Below, piece by piece: positions 43,316-57,528 of a DNA stretch of 64,000 nucleotides. The position numbers and the translations under genes were made by a program. How positions within the stretch are numbered: position 1 is the stretch's first letter; every line of letters starts with the position of its first letter. The notes beneath the pieces were generated by a model. The model had not been told where the DNA came from. It did not search any database and was given only the letters and a program-made list of their open reading frames with translations. The stretch is from Octopus vulgaris (Eukaryota): positions 32,798,001 to 32,862,000 of the forward strand of contig OX597834.1 of NCBI GenBank assembly GCA_951406725.2. Direction: 5' to 3'.

Positions 43316-43528
43316 TTATCTGCTCTGTATGCCGTATAAAGTCCAGTGACGCCAACTTAGGGTTTACCCACCGAGTAAAGTACCGTGTACGTGTTTATTT
43401 TAAACAATTTTACAGGTTCGATGTGGTTAACCGGAACTAGGATTATATTCGAGTGTTAATAAGGTACCTGCCCGGATTCCAAATTTCCATTTATGTGTTT
43501 TATATATATATATTTACATATGTGCATA

Positions 43529-43592
<64 letters not shown>

Positions 43593-43595
<3 letters not shown>

Positions 43596-43803
43596 CGGGA
43601 AGCTTTATGAAAATAAACAAAAGACGAAGGCAGGTGGAATACAAACAAACAATTGTATTAGTATGGCGCTCAGGAATATAAATAAAACAAGTCTTTTACG
43701 TTTCGAGCCTACGCTCTTCAACAGAAAGATACACAGAAAAGAAACACGGAGAGAAACAAGGAGAGAAAAAAATGCGTGCAGAAACTCGCGAATCAACATG
43801 GCA
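43593..43803 (-). mobile_element. ~210 bp non-autonomous element in (TA)n with a minimal hammerhead-like motif at 43693-43728
   Basis: Near-identical copy at 63357-63567; motif CUUU-CUGUUGA-A-GAGC-GUAG-GCUC-GAA-ACGU-A-AAAG. Confidence 0.8.
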
Positions 43804-43949
43804 ATATATATATATACATACATACATACATACATATGCATATTGGTTTTAATTGCTATAGCCACCTATATTATAATGTATTTAATGCTATTTATATAAA
43901 TGTGTGTGTGTGTGTGTGTGTGTACATTGTGTCTCCTATTTCTGTCTGG

Positions 43950-45600
43950 TCGAGGACAGATTAGGGTTTTTCGAGGGTTGCTTCGAATCGTACTTTGTGA
44001 TGTGTGAAAAGGGAAGTTGTGCGGGACCCATGTCCGACAAATAGAGAAGTCTTCAAACGTTGTGGCAGAGAAGACGTTTTGAATACTACCAAGTGATACA
44101 GGTAGCCAAGAATGTGAAACCTGTTACGAGCCCCCCCACCCTCTGAAGGTAGTTCATAAGCAGAAGAGACTGTAATGGGAAGAAGAATACGTGAAGGTAG
44201 ATTTTTCAACAGTCCCGTTCACTGACGAATGCCGTGCTACCCTTGACGGATCAGATGGCTGGAGTAAAAGGTTGGGTACCAATCAGCGGGAACCGTCCTC
44301 AACAAGGGAGAGGTGGGGGTCATGTTTTGGGCTGGCATCATTGGTGGCATTATAGTCAAGCCATAGAAGGTCCCCGATGGCATTAAGATGACATCAAAAA
44401 CATATGTTACCTTCTTGAAGGACAATTTCTAACCGTGGTTCAAAAAGCAAAAACTTTCATTCAAGAGAAAGCTGGTCTTCATGCAAGATAATGCCTCGTC
44501 TCGTGCAGCGAAGCATTCTAAGCAATATCTGCAGCAAATTAGCTTCTCTGGAGGTAGTTTGATGGAGTGGCCACCTTGTATCCCTGACTTAAACCCGATC
44601 GAGAACCCGAAGAGTGACCTGAAACGGTGCGTTTACCATAATGGACGGATCAATCAGCGGGAACCGTCCTCAACAAGGGAGAGGTGGGGGTCATGTTTTG
44701 GGCTGGCATCATTGGTGGCATTATGGTCAGGCCATAGAAGGTCCCTGATGGCATTAAGATGACATCAAAAACATATGTTACCTTCTTGAAGGACAATTTC
44801 TAACCGTGGTTCAAAAAGCAAAAACTTTCATTCAAGAGAAAGCTGGTCTTCATGCAAGATAATGCCCCGTCTCGTGCAGCGAAGCATTCTAAGCAATACC
44901 TATTTCTTTACTACCCACAAGGGGCTAAACACAGAGAGGACAAACAAGGACAGGCAGACGGATTAAGTCGATTTTATCGACCCCAGTGCGTAACTGGTAC
45001 TTAATTTATCGACCCCGAAAGAATGAAAGGCAAAATTGACCTCGGCGGAATTTGAACTCAGAACGTAACGGCAGACGAAATACGGCGACGCATTTCGCCC
45101 GCCGTGCTAACGTTTCTGCCAGCTCGCCGCCTTTAATACCTGCAGCAATACCTGCAGCAAATTAGCTTCTCTGGAGGTAGTTTGATGGAGTGGGCCACCT
45201 TGTTCCCCTGACTTAAACCCGATCGAGAACCTGAGGAGTGACCTGAAGTGGCGTGTTTACTATGATGATCGGCAGTTTTCAAGTAAAGTTATCCTCTGGG
45301 ATGCTATTGTAGATGCTGTTCAAAGCATGACTCAAGAGGGTATCATCACCTTGATAAATTCAACGGATTAGCGTATAAGAAAGGTTATTACATATGGAGG
45401 ATCATACATCAAAGATTAGGATCTGAATGACATTATAAATCCCATGATTATTTTCATTCGAACGTATTATTATCTTTACCATTAAATCCTTTTATGAATA
45501 AATTTTTGTCTTAAACCTTTGCTGTTGAATTAAAATAAATGTTTGTTCTGACACAATTATCATTTTTATTATACTTGCCGAATAATTTGTGACGGTGAAC
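43950..45600 (+). mobile_element. Decayed Tc1 (DD34E-type) transposon with internal 371 bp duplication and a SINE2 insertion
   Basis: GVMFWAGI, FMQDNA(S/P)SRAAK, MEWPPCIPDLNPIEN; duplicated units start at 44280 and 44651; SINE at ~44900-45134. Confidence 0.88.
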
Positions 45601-45688
45601 ATGTTGCCCAATCACAAAAATGGCCGTCATTTGTTGGCGTCTGCGCAGATCCGATTTTTTTTAACAGAATGTGCGCAGATAGGTGTGT

Positions 45689-45806
<118 letters not shown>

Positions 45807-46067
45807 TAATAAATAAAATATATGCATACAAACATACATATATGTACGTACCTACATCTACATGTATATATACATGCATATATAAATATATATACGTGAG
45901 TACAGGACACCACACATAGACGTAGAACTCAACGAGAAACGAAAACGTAAAAACAAGCATGGAACGGACCTTTTTTTTAACAACGACAAAACAAAGTACA
46001 GGACAAACACACAAGGAAAATCCCCTTCATCAGCTGTCCCTAGTTCAACTCCAGCGTGTTTCGAAGG

Positions 46068-46120
<53 letters not shown>

Positions 46121-46721
46121 ATTAAGGTGACTATACACAATTTGAAAAGAAAAAGGAAATAATTCACCGTCACTGAAAGTGACCAAGTGTGTAGTGGGTA
46201 TATATATATGTGCACACACACACACACATACTTACACACACACATTCACACATACATATGTGTGTGTGTCTCTGTGTGTGTGTGCGTGTGTAAGTGTGTG
46301 TGCATGAGGATAACAGCCTGGAACATCGTAAAACTCGAAAAGTGTCAACAAACGAAGCACGCCAATGGACTCAATAACAAAGAGCGTTCAAATGTCATCA
46401 TAGTTTTATATAGGTATATATATATATATAGGTATATAAATAGATCTGTTAGTCAGAGCAATCACTCTCTCACTCACACGCCTGCACACACACACATACA
46501 CACAGACACACACACACACACACAAGCGCACGCACGCACAAGGATATAGGAGCAAGTGTACTCGTGTGGTAAGAAGCTTGTTTTCCAACCACATGGTTTC
46601 GGGTTCAGTCCCACTGCGTGACAGTTTTGGTGAATGTCTTTGACTCTACTCGTGGGTCGTCCAAAGCTTTGTCACTGGATTTGGTTGACAGAACTGAAAG
46701 AAGCTGTCGTATGCATACATG

Positions 46722-46782
<61 letters not shown>

Positions 46783-46999
46783 GAATGTATGTATGTATGT
46801 ATGTATATATATATATATATATATACATACACATGTATATATAAATACATATATCTATATACATAGATATATATATATATACATACATATGTATTTATAT
46901 ATATATGAAGGCGGTGCCCCAGCATGACTGAAACAAATAAAAGTTATACACACACACACACACCTGGGTTCTCATTCCTAAGGCATTTTTCGATGTTAC

Positions 47000-47056
<57 letters not shown>

Positions 47057-47159
47057 TACTACTATTATTATTATTATTATTATTCAATGCCTGGAATCGA
47101 ACTTGGAATCTTGGAGTTAGTAGCCCGCGTTCTTAACCACTACGCCAAATTTCCCCAAG

Positions 47160-47203
47160 ACACCTGATGAAGGCTGGGGGGTATATCAGCCGAACAGTTG
47201 TGT
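47160..47203 (+). ncRNA. Minimal hammerhead-like motif, mutated at position 15.1
   Basis: ACAC-CUGAUGA-A-GGCUG-loop-CAGCC-GAA-CAGU-U-GUGU; stems I and II are perfect. Confidence 0.6.
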
Positions 47204-47510
47204 TAACAACAAACAAGAAGAGGACAAATCTCCGTCAAATGTAAATAATGTAAATAATGTAAATGATGTAAATAATGTACCTAATTCCTCATCACTTAAG
47301 AACTGTGAGAGAACAATTATTTATTCAAGTTTGTATCTCGAGACGCTGGCGTTCGTGTGTATGTGTATGTGTGTGTGTATGTGTGTGTGTGAGTGTGTGT
47401 GGGTGAGTGTGTGTGTGTGTGTATGCTTGTACATGTCTATAAGCTTATATGTTTGTAACTGGTGAGTTGGGAACGGTAAGCAAAGATACAGACAAATAGC
47501 TGAAGGAGAT

Positions 47511-48283
<773 letters not shown>

Positions 48284-48692
48284 AAGAAGAAGAAGAAGAA
48301 GTAACAAATCATCATCATCATAAGTTATTTTTTATTTATTATAATTTATTTATTTATTTTTTGAGTGATTGTCTTAAAGAAGACTATCACTTTCGCCCTA
48401 TTTATTCCTTTATTTTATCACATATCCTTCCCCCCCCCCCCGCCCCCCTTACAAACACGAAAAGGACATAAAACATTCTTCACTTTCCGACAAGATATAC
48501 TTTCAACAAAATCTCTTCTAGTTATATGATTCGTTGAAAATTACCTTTGAATAAACCTGTCAATCAAAAAAGAAAATGCCTCAGAATAGCCAAGAGTTGG
48601 TGCAAGAGATGCGCCATTATCGGCACGTTACGGGAGGACGTGGAATAAGTAGAGTGTTGTTGGACGCCCAGGAAAGGAAAATAAGAAGGAGG

Positions 48693-48727
48693 ATTTAACG
48701 TTTCGAGCGGTGCTCTTCGTCAGAAAT
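48693..48727 (-). ncRNA. Minimal type I hammerhead motif with intact core
   Basis: AUUU-CUGACGA-A-GAGC-ACC-GCUC-GAA-ACGU-U-AAAU. Confidence 0.75.
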
Positions 48728-48796
48728 ATAGAAAAGTCCAAAGAAGGGAAGACGGAGAAAGAAAATCGCCAACGATACACACGCAGTCACATATTG

Positions 48797-48919
<123 letters not shown>

Positions 48920-48944
48920 TATACATATATATACATATATATAT

Positions 48945-48975
<31 letters not shown>

Positions 48976-49017
48976 GTTAACGGTTTTATAGCCGTTATCT
49001 CAACAAGCATATCCTTA

Positions 49018-49096
49018 TCTCTGAAGAGATTCATCTTACGATTTTAATTTTATAAATTAATTATCTTAAGATTTCTGAATCGAAACAGCTGTCAGA
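49018..49096 (+). ncRNA. Type I hammerhead motif with canonical core and GUC site
   Basis: UCU; CUGAAGA (49021-49027); GAUUCA/UGAAUC stem II; GAA; palindromic ACAGCUGU; C49093; AGA. Confidence 0.8.
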
Positions 49097-49273
49097 GATG
49101 TTGTCATATTTTATAATCAACAAATAATTGTATTAATTACCTCTCCAATTCTTCCTTATTCTCTAAACATAAATATATGAACCATGTTTTATATGGTTAC
49201 CCTATGGTTGAACTTTCTGTGAATTTTCGTTGGATTTATGATCCCTTAATGAAATTAATTACCTTTACTTGAT

Positions 49274-49316
<43 letters not shown>

Positions 49317-49474
49317 CATAACATTCGCATGTAAGACAAGGTATTCACATATAAATAATTACCTATCTTTGTTATAGACGAAAAAAGAGAAACTTTTATA
49401 CAAAAATGTAATTACGTAATACATATATATGTATATATATATATATATCACCACATACACACACGCGCGCATAC

Positions 49475-49583
<109 letters not shown>

Positions 49584-49751
49584 CTAAGATACACACACGC
49601 ACACACATACACTCTGTCTGTCTCTCTCTCTCTCTCTCACACACACACATATATATACAGAGAAAGAGAGAAAGAGAAAGAAGGAGGGAGAGAGGACGGT
49701 GGAAGAAAGAAAGGTGTGTCTACATTTGCGTGTATTTTTTATGTGTGTATG

Positions 49752-49791
<40 letters not shown>

Positions 49792-50026
49792 TGTGCATTT
49801 GTTTATTTGCGTGTTTTATGTGTTTGGGTACTTGTTCGCGAGGTGGTGTGTGGGGGAGTAACTGTGGGAATGTTACTGCGTATGAGGGTGGGTGCAGGTG
49901 GGTGTAGGGTGTGTGTGTGTGTGTGATTGTTTGTGTTTGTGTATGTGAAGTTGTGTGGGAGTAACTGGGTGAATGTAAATGTTTATGGAGGTGTGTATGT
50001 GTATGTGTGTGTATGTGAATGTGTGT

Positions 50027-50063
<37 letters not shown>

Positions 50064-50329
50064 TGTGTGGAGGGGAGAAGTGTCGGTGTGTTTAATGTGA
50101 GGACAAAAGCTTACATGTTTATTGCACACACGTTTTTCCTGTCCACACCTACAACTGACAATATGAGAAATAAGTGATTTCATGCATTAACAGCGTTGAC
50201 AACAACAATAACACAAGAACGACGACGACGACTACGACGACAACAACACCAACAACAGATGTAGCAATAAGAACAGGAACTAAAAAAGCAAACAGGAACA
50301 ACAATAACAACAACAGCAGCAGCAGCAGC

Positions 50330-50750
50330 AGAAGAAGAAGAAAAAGAAGAAGAAGAAGAAGAAGAAGAAGAAGAAGAGAAGAAGAAGAAGAAGAAGAAGA
50401 AGAAGAAGAAGAAGAAGAAAAGGAGGAGGAGGAGGAAGAAGAAGAAGAAGAAGAAGAAGAAGAAGACAAAGAAGAAGAGGAAGGGGAGGAGGAGGCGGAG
50501 GAGGAAGAAGAAGGAGAAGACAAAGAAGAAGGTGAAGAAGAAGAAGAAGAAGAGGAGGAGGAGGAGGAGGAGGAGGAAGAAGAAGAAGAAGAAGAAGAAG
50601 AAGAAGAAGAAGAGGAAGGGGAGGAGGAAGAGGAAGAAGAAGAAGAAGAAGAAGAAGAAGAAGACAAAGAAGAAGGTGAAGAAGAAGAAGACAAAGAAGA
50701 AGAAGAAGAAGAAGAAGAATTGGAAGAAGAAGAAGAAGAAGAAGAAGAAC
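50330..50750. repeat. (GAA/GAG)n purine tract
   Basis: Seen directly; flanked by (AAC)/(CAG)/(TAG) repeats. Confidence 0.95.
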
Positions 50751-51086
50751 AAAGAGGACAACAACAAAGAGGACAACAACAACAACAGCAGCAGCAGCAG
50801 TAACAACAATTGCGATATGAACGACAATAACAACATCAACAACGACTGCAGGAAAAAAAGAAACAACAGCGGCAAAACAGGAACTAAAAATAAAACCAAA
50901 GCAACAACCACAAAAGCAAAAACAACAAGAACGTTAAAAGTAGCAGCAGCAGCCGTAGCAGAAGCAGCAGTAGAAGCAGTAGCAGTAGTAGCAGCAGCAG
51001 TAGTAGCAGCAGTAGTAGCAACAGTAGCAGCACCAACAGTAGCGTAAAAATGAACACGGGTTGCAAAAATTATAACGGTAATTACT

Positions 51087-51168
<82 letters not shown>

Positions 51169-52215
51169 GGAGACATAAAATGCAGAAAAGCAGAAATTGA
51201 TAGATTATAATTTAATTATTTCCAACAGCTGTTTCAGTAGGAACAAGCATAATTAATTCTATAATTACGTAATTAAGGTATATAAGTAATGGTTTCAAAA
51301 TTTGGCACAAACCCAACAATATTAGGGGAGGGGTTTAAGTCGATTATATCGACCCTATTGCTTAATTAGTATTATGTTATCGACCCCGAAAGGATGAAAG
51401 GCAAAGTCGACCTCGGTAGCATTTGAACTCAGAGCGTAAAGGCGGACGAAATGTCGCTAAGCATCTTGCCTGGTGATGTAACGATTCTGCCAGCTCGCGG
51501 CCTTATTAAGATACATAATTAATGAAAATTATAATTAAAAGCACTGCTTATCCCAGATCCTGAAACTTTAATTAGTGTGACGCACACACATACATACAGA
51601 CCCACACACGTGCGCACCCACAAACTAACCTTTTAGTGAGGGAGTACGGCGCTACCCAAGTTCGTTGATAGACCTATAGAGATAGGTGAAGGGGAGGAGG
51701 GAGGAAAGGGGAGAGGAAGAGAAGGAGGTAATCTCAAACCAGAAACCGTGCCTAATAACTGCTACGGAATGAACTCTGCTAAAAGGCACCCAATGTGAGA
51801 GGAAGTACAAATGGGTGTGAGGTGAGGAATTAAGTGTCTCACCCAGAGAGGCCATAGCAGTTTTCGAATTCCGAACCCCAAAAGCCGGAACGAATAGTAC
51901 AGAACATCCGTTTTGTCATTCTCACAATTCCGCCAATCCACAGCCTCGAACAGCTTATCTTTTCATTGACCCAAATACGAGAAGCAAAATGAGCTTCGAC
52001 TGGATTTGAAATCAGGGCACAGAACAAATTACTCACAAAGGTATCACAAGGCAGGCTTGGTTGCGTGTTAAGTAGCTTGCTTGCCAACCACACGGTTCCG
52101 GATTCAATCCCACTGAGCGGCACTACGGGCAGGTGTCTTCTACTATACCCTCGGGCCAACCAAAGCCTTGTAAGTGGATTTGTTAAACGGAAACTGAAAG
52201 AAGCTCATCGTATAT

Positions 52216-52421
52216 GTGACCGCGTGTGTATCGTTGGCGATTTTCTTTCTACGTTTTCCCTTCTTTGGACTTTCTTTATATTTCTGACGAAGAGCTCTGC
52301 TCGATACGTGAAATCTTCCTTCTTTCTTTCATTTCCTGAGCGTCCAGTAACACTATATTTATTCCACATCCTCGCGTTGTTGTTTTCTCTTTGTTCATGT
52401 TTGGATTAACTACATATATAC

Positions 52422-52454
<33 letters not shown>

Positions 52455-52625
52455 GGGAGAGTTTACGAAAAAAACAAAAGTCGAAGACAGGTGGTGTACA
52501 AAACAAACAGATGTATTAGTATAACGCCCAGGAATAGAAAAAGTCTTTTACGTTTCGAGCCTACGTTCTTCTACAGAAAGAGACACTGAAGAAAAAGGAG
52601 AGAAAAAATGTGTGTAGTGGCTAAT
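52216..52625. mobile_element. Two related hammerhead-bearing short elements, tail-to-tail around (TA)n
   Basis: Plus motif at 52280-52314 (CUGACGA..GAGC-UCU-GCUC-GAUACGU) and minus motif at 52545-52580 (CUGUAGA..GAA-ACGU-A). Confidence 0.7.
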
Positions 52626-52626
52626 G

Positions 52627-52688
<62 letters not shown>

Positions 52689-52689
52689 A

Positions 52690-53625
52690 GATTTGTAACG
52701 GTAACACACGAGTAAGTAGATATTTATGAAAAACAAGAACGAAAATGCTACTTTCTTAAAATTGAGTTCATTTTAATTTCCCTTTTATATGTTTCGGATT
52801 TTGAAAAAAAAACCTTACCAAAAATATGTACTAAAATGGAATATGTAAAGAGAAAAGAACTATTAAAAAAATTAAATTAAGATTAAATTTAACATTCATA
52901 GTTTACTCTCCGTTTTCCTGCAAGAACACGTGATAATATCCTTTGGATCTGATAGCATGACAAGTTCAACTGACTGTGACCGCGAATTACTATTATCTGT
53001 TTTCAAAACGGATACTAGTAATTTGCGGTCACAGTCAGTTGAACTTATGCTACCAGAACCAAAGAATATCACGTGCTCTTGCAAGAAAAAAAAGTAAACT
53101 ATGATTGTTAAATTTAATTTAATTTTTTTAAATAGTTCTTTTTCTTTACATATTCCATTTTGGTGCATATTTTTGATAAGGTTTTTTTCTCAAAACCCGG
53201 AACATGTAAAAAGGAAATTAAAATGAACTCAATTTTAAGAAAGTAGCATTTTCGTTCTTGCAACGTGGAAGGTGTTTGTAAGCCATTTAAGAAACACACA
53301 AAAGCCGTTCGATTCACTTCAACATTTGTCAAAATATTTTCCTCGCTAAAATCCGCGACCTGTTCACTGACAAAAATCCGTGCTGCATTTTTGTCAGTGA
53401 ACAGGTCGCGGATTTTAGCGAGGAAAATATATTGACAAATGTTGAAGTGAATCGAACGGCTTTTGTGTGTTTCTTAAATGGCTTACAGACACCTTCCACG
53501 CTGCAATTGTTTTCGTTCCAGCACACGATCTCAGATCAAATCACTTGCTATGCGAGTACATCTCCGTAATTTTCGTTCTTGTTTTTCATAAATATCTACT
53601 TACTCGTGTGTTACCGCTACAAATC
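52690..53625. mobile_element. Y-shaped fold-back element: ~57 bp outer inverted repeats enclosing two long hairpins
   Basis: Outer arms 52690-52746 and 53569-53625; hairpin 1 ~52735-52991 and 53017-53260; hairpin 2 ~53260-53377 and 53387-53505. Confidence 0.88.
53325..53374 (-). ncRNA. Hammerhead-like motif with G3-C8 core variant; inverted copy at 53390-53439 (+)
   Basis: UUUGUCA-GUGAACA-G-(G)UCGC-GGAUUUUA-GCGA(G)-GAA-AAUAUU-U-UGACAAA. Confidence 0.55.
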
Positions 53626-53832
53626 CTTAGATTGAGGTTCAGGAAGAATGAAAACTTATTTGACGTTTCGAGCATACGCTCATCCACGGAGAAGAATAAA
53701 AGGGAGAGAAGAAAGTGTGCCTAGATTTACTGTTTCACATACTTATTGCATGTATGTATGTATGTATGTATGTATGTATGTATGTATGTATGTATGTATG
53801 TATGTATGTATGTATGTATGTGTATGTATATG

Positions 53833-53867
<35 letters not shown>

Positions 53868-54005
53868 ATGTATATACACACATAATACATATATATATAG
53901 ACATACTCACACACATGTACACTCGCAATCATTGATGAGGCTCGAATAACGACCTATGAGGTGTTAGATTAATATAAATAACGTATCGTGGAATGTGTCT
54001 GTGTG

Positions 54006-54083
<78 letters not shown>

Positions 54084-54087
54084 ATCA

Positions 54088-54195
<108 letters not shown>

Positions 54196-54576
54196 GTCTC
54201 TACAATTTATTTCTATGCAGAATCATATAATATGTTCATGGTTGAGAATGTGTGTGTGTGTGTGTGCGTGTGTGTATGTGTGTGTGCGTGTGCGTGTGTG
54301 TGTGTGTCTGTACGTATGATGTATGCGTCGTATTTATTTATTTCTTGAGAGTAGATATATAATGCCATAAACTCTGACACTCGTCATCTTCCATTGCATC
54401 AGTGAAGGTAAGGAGAGGAAGAGGAGGAGCAGGAGTGAGAAGAAGAGGAGGATGTGGGAAGAAGGGGAATGGAGAGGAAGAGAAGGACGAGGAGGAGGAG
54501 GAGGAAGTGTGAAAGCGTCCGAGTGACAGACGAGAGTTATTTTATTGCTATTTGCTTGGTCTCCAGCGGAAGGATC

Positions 54577-54994
54577 GTGGTGGTGGTAGTAGTTGTAGTA
54601 TAGGTGGTAGTAGTAGTGGTAGTAGTGGTGGTGGTGGTAGAAGTGGTGGTGGTAGTAGTGGTGGTGGTGGTAGTAGTGGTGGTAGTAGTTGTAGTATAGG
54701 TGGTAGTAGTAGTGGTAGTAGTGGTGGTGGTGGTAGAAGTGGTGGTGGTAGTAGTGGTGGTGGTGGTAGTAGTGGTGGTAGTAGTGGTGGTGGTGGTGGT
54801 GGTGGTGGTGGTGGTAGAAGTGGTGGTGGTGGTAGTAGTGGTGGTGGTGATAGTAGTTGTGGTCGTGGTAGTAGTGGTGGTGCTGGTAGTGGTGGTGGTA
54901 GAAGTGGTGGTGGTGGTAGTAGTGGTGGTGGTGGTGGTGGTCACTCTTAACACTATATCAATCACCACCACCACCACCACCACCACCACCACCA
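54577..54994. repeat. (GGT/AGT)n tract with a 78 bp higher-order duplication, followed by inverted (CAC)n
   Basis: AGTTGTAGTATAGG block repeats 78 bp apart; (CAC)n at ~54963-54994. Confidence 0.9.
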
Positions 54995-56469
54995 CGATCG
55001 CCTATGTTCACTTTCACTTATACACATAAATTCACGCATGGCTCAGTAGTTAAAGGTGTTGGACTCAAGATCGAATGATTGTGGTTTCGATTCCTGAACC
55101 GAGCAAAGCGCTGAGTTCTTGAGCAAAACACTTCATTTCACATAACTTCGCTAAGCTTGAACTGGAGTTCAAGCTGAGTGGCTCATACACGCCTCATCAT
55201 AGGTGCTTTCCAACCACATGACTCCGAGTTCAATCCCACTTCGTGACACGTTGGACAAGTGTCTTCTACTATAGCCTTGGTCAAAATCTTGTAAGTGTAT
55301 TTGGTAGACGGAAACTGAAAGAAGCCCATCGTATGTATGCATGTATGTATGCATGTATGAATGTATATATGCATTTATGTGTGTATGTGAGTCTGTCTCT
55401 GTCCTCAGCCCCTCACTGCTTGACAACCGGTGTTGGTGTGTTTATCTACTAGTAACCTAACAGTTCTGCAAAAGAGATCGATAAAATTAATTACCAGGTT
55501 TAACAAAAATCTAAGTTCCGAGGTCGTTTCGATCGGCTAAAAATTCCTCAAGGCGGTGCCCCAGCATGGCCGCAGTCTAATGCCTGTAACGAGCGAAAGA
55601 CAAAAGATAACTACGAGTAGTTTGCACATCAACGCTGACGCTGACAGGATCAATGGCAAACGGAGGGATCGAGGCAGAGGTATAAAACCCACTTCGAATG
55701 GCCTTTAAAACGCCGCTTCGTTTCCTTGTGAACAACATACAGAGAAAGGGAGACATCACGTGTTTGCATTTGGGAATTCATTAGGAATACTCTGCCAAAA
55801 AATATTTACGATTTTCATAGAAAATTCAAGCCTTGAATTCAAGAGTTGAATCGCTCGAAAGTTCTGCATATTCTTCTTAGCTTTTAATGGCGGATGTTTT
55901 ACGCGCTCTACAACAACCGTGAACGGATTTTTGGATTCAATCCAATTGGTAATGCCTAATTCTGGCAAAAAAATATTTCTGGAAATTGCTTTCTCCAAAT
56001 GATCAATTATTATTTGCTTGATCAAACCAAAATTCTATGCATTTTCAAAAATAAAATCCTGTTCATCGGAGAACATTTCTAATTCATAATTTTCTGTTTA
56101 GCATGTCGCTATGCTTTATTTTTGTTTCTGTGAAAGCTTAAATTTTAGATTCAAATAGGAAAATATTGGTGTTCTCTCCTTTTAGAGGCATTAAATTCAT
56201 TAAGTTTTCCAAAACCATTCAACAAATAGCATAATTTACAAAACCAATCTTCTTTGTGAAACAAATTAGCCAAATCTGAATTTCGTTACGACAGGAATAT
56301 TACGACTTCATATTTTAAATTCTAATGGCTGTTCCAAAGCTCATTCATTTGAGAAACATAACGCTTCTGTTTCCAATAAAACTTTGCTGAAATTAGATTC
56401 CATTTCGCAAAAGAGATTTGCAGAGAGGCGTCTATTGAGTACACGATTCTTCGCCTGTCTTGTATATCA

Positions 56470-57208
56470 GATAGGATACACAGGGCATATTTCCTTGGTG
56501 CTCATACACCATCCATGATATCGCATTCCTAATTTTGTCTGTTCTGTTTATCACATATGAAACACAAAACATATTTCCCTGGCATCCACGCAACATACAT
56601 GATACACATTCCCAATATTGCTCGTATGGTGTACCACATGTGATACACAGGATATACTTCTCTGGTGTCCATGTATCATATACTAGCAGTATCGCCCGGC
56701 GTTGCTCGGGTTTGTAAGCGAAATAACTATAAAGCATTTTTAGAGAGTTATAGCCAAAAAATAGCAAAAAAATGGGAAAAAAATGATGGTAAGTTTTTTT
56801 TTTTAGTTAAAAAGGTCGAGTTGCGTCCCCTAGACAGTCTGTGGTTTGTGTTTCTGATTCTCGACCCCATGTCGAATTTATCAATTTTTTTCAGAACTGG
56901 CGGAACTTTTCAAAATTTTCGCTGCGTTAGTTTTGAATTATGACATTGGGCTATGTGTGTGTCAAGTCTCATCAGAATCGGTTGAAAGCCGTGGTCAGGG
57001 TGAGGGTACAACCTAACAGACACACAGAAACACACACAGACAAACTGCCGTTTATATAGAGAGAGATGAAACACAAAACATATTTCCCTGGCATCTACGC
57101 AACATACATGATACACATTCCCAATATTGCTTGAATGGTGTATCACATGTTATACACAGGACATTCTTCTCTGGTGTCCATGTATCATATATAATACACA
57201 TTCCCAAT
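56470..57208. repeat. Minisatellite of ~42 bp subunits forming a ~126 bp higher-order unit, split by a Helitron
   Basis: TGAAACACAAAACATATTTCCCTGGCATC...GGTGTCCATGTATCATATA at ~56557-56682 and 57067-57191. Confidence 0.85.
56683..57066 (-). mobile_element. Non-autonomous Helitron
   Basis: TC...CCCGAGCAACGCCGGG hairpin, CTAG, A|T site. Confidence 0.85.
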
Positions 57209-57309
57209 GTTTTTCAACCACCACAGTAATTTAGGACTAATGAAAGGAAAGCTGCTATATGTAAATCTCATAACGAGAGACACTCAGCAACAGTACTTTG
57301 GAGTAAAGA

Positions 57310-57528
57310 TTATTTGCCAACATAACATGGCAGTCCTGGTTTAGGACAAATGTTGCCGTAATTTAGCCTCTGGAGACATCGTCTCCAGCTGGCCATACGA
57401 CACGATCTGCGTCCTTATATTTTCGACACAGATGGAGTCGTATAGCCAGCTGGAGACGATGTCTCCTGGGGCTAAATTACAGCAACATTTGTCCTAAACC
57501 AGGACTGCCATGTCACGTTGGCAAATAA
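57310..57528. mobile_element. Fold-back MITE with ~90 bp inverted arms
   Basis: TTATTTGCCAAC..GGCAGTCCTGGTTTAGGACAAATGTTGC..GGAGACATCGTCTCCAGCTGGC is mirrored after a ~45 bp spacer. Confidence 0.8.

Noticed and set aside
46015-46070. Possible type II hammerheads (GAAA before CUGAUGA, minus strand; also ~15510-15560)
   Set aside because: Could not form convincing stem I and III hairpins between the two core halves.
50174-51047. Poly-E and poly-K acidic/basic protein-like ORFs
   Set aside because: (GAA)n tract without domain content or splice support.
53658-53692. Further hammerhead-like copy (minus strand)
   Set aside because: Stem II and GAAACGUC are present, but the core reads CCGUGGA; too degenerate to count.
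56432-56767. Cys-rich ORF resembling a zinc-finger array
   Set aside because: 42 bp period and no His pairs; it is a minisatellite plus a Helitron end.
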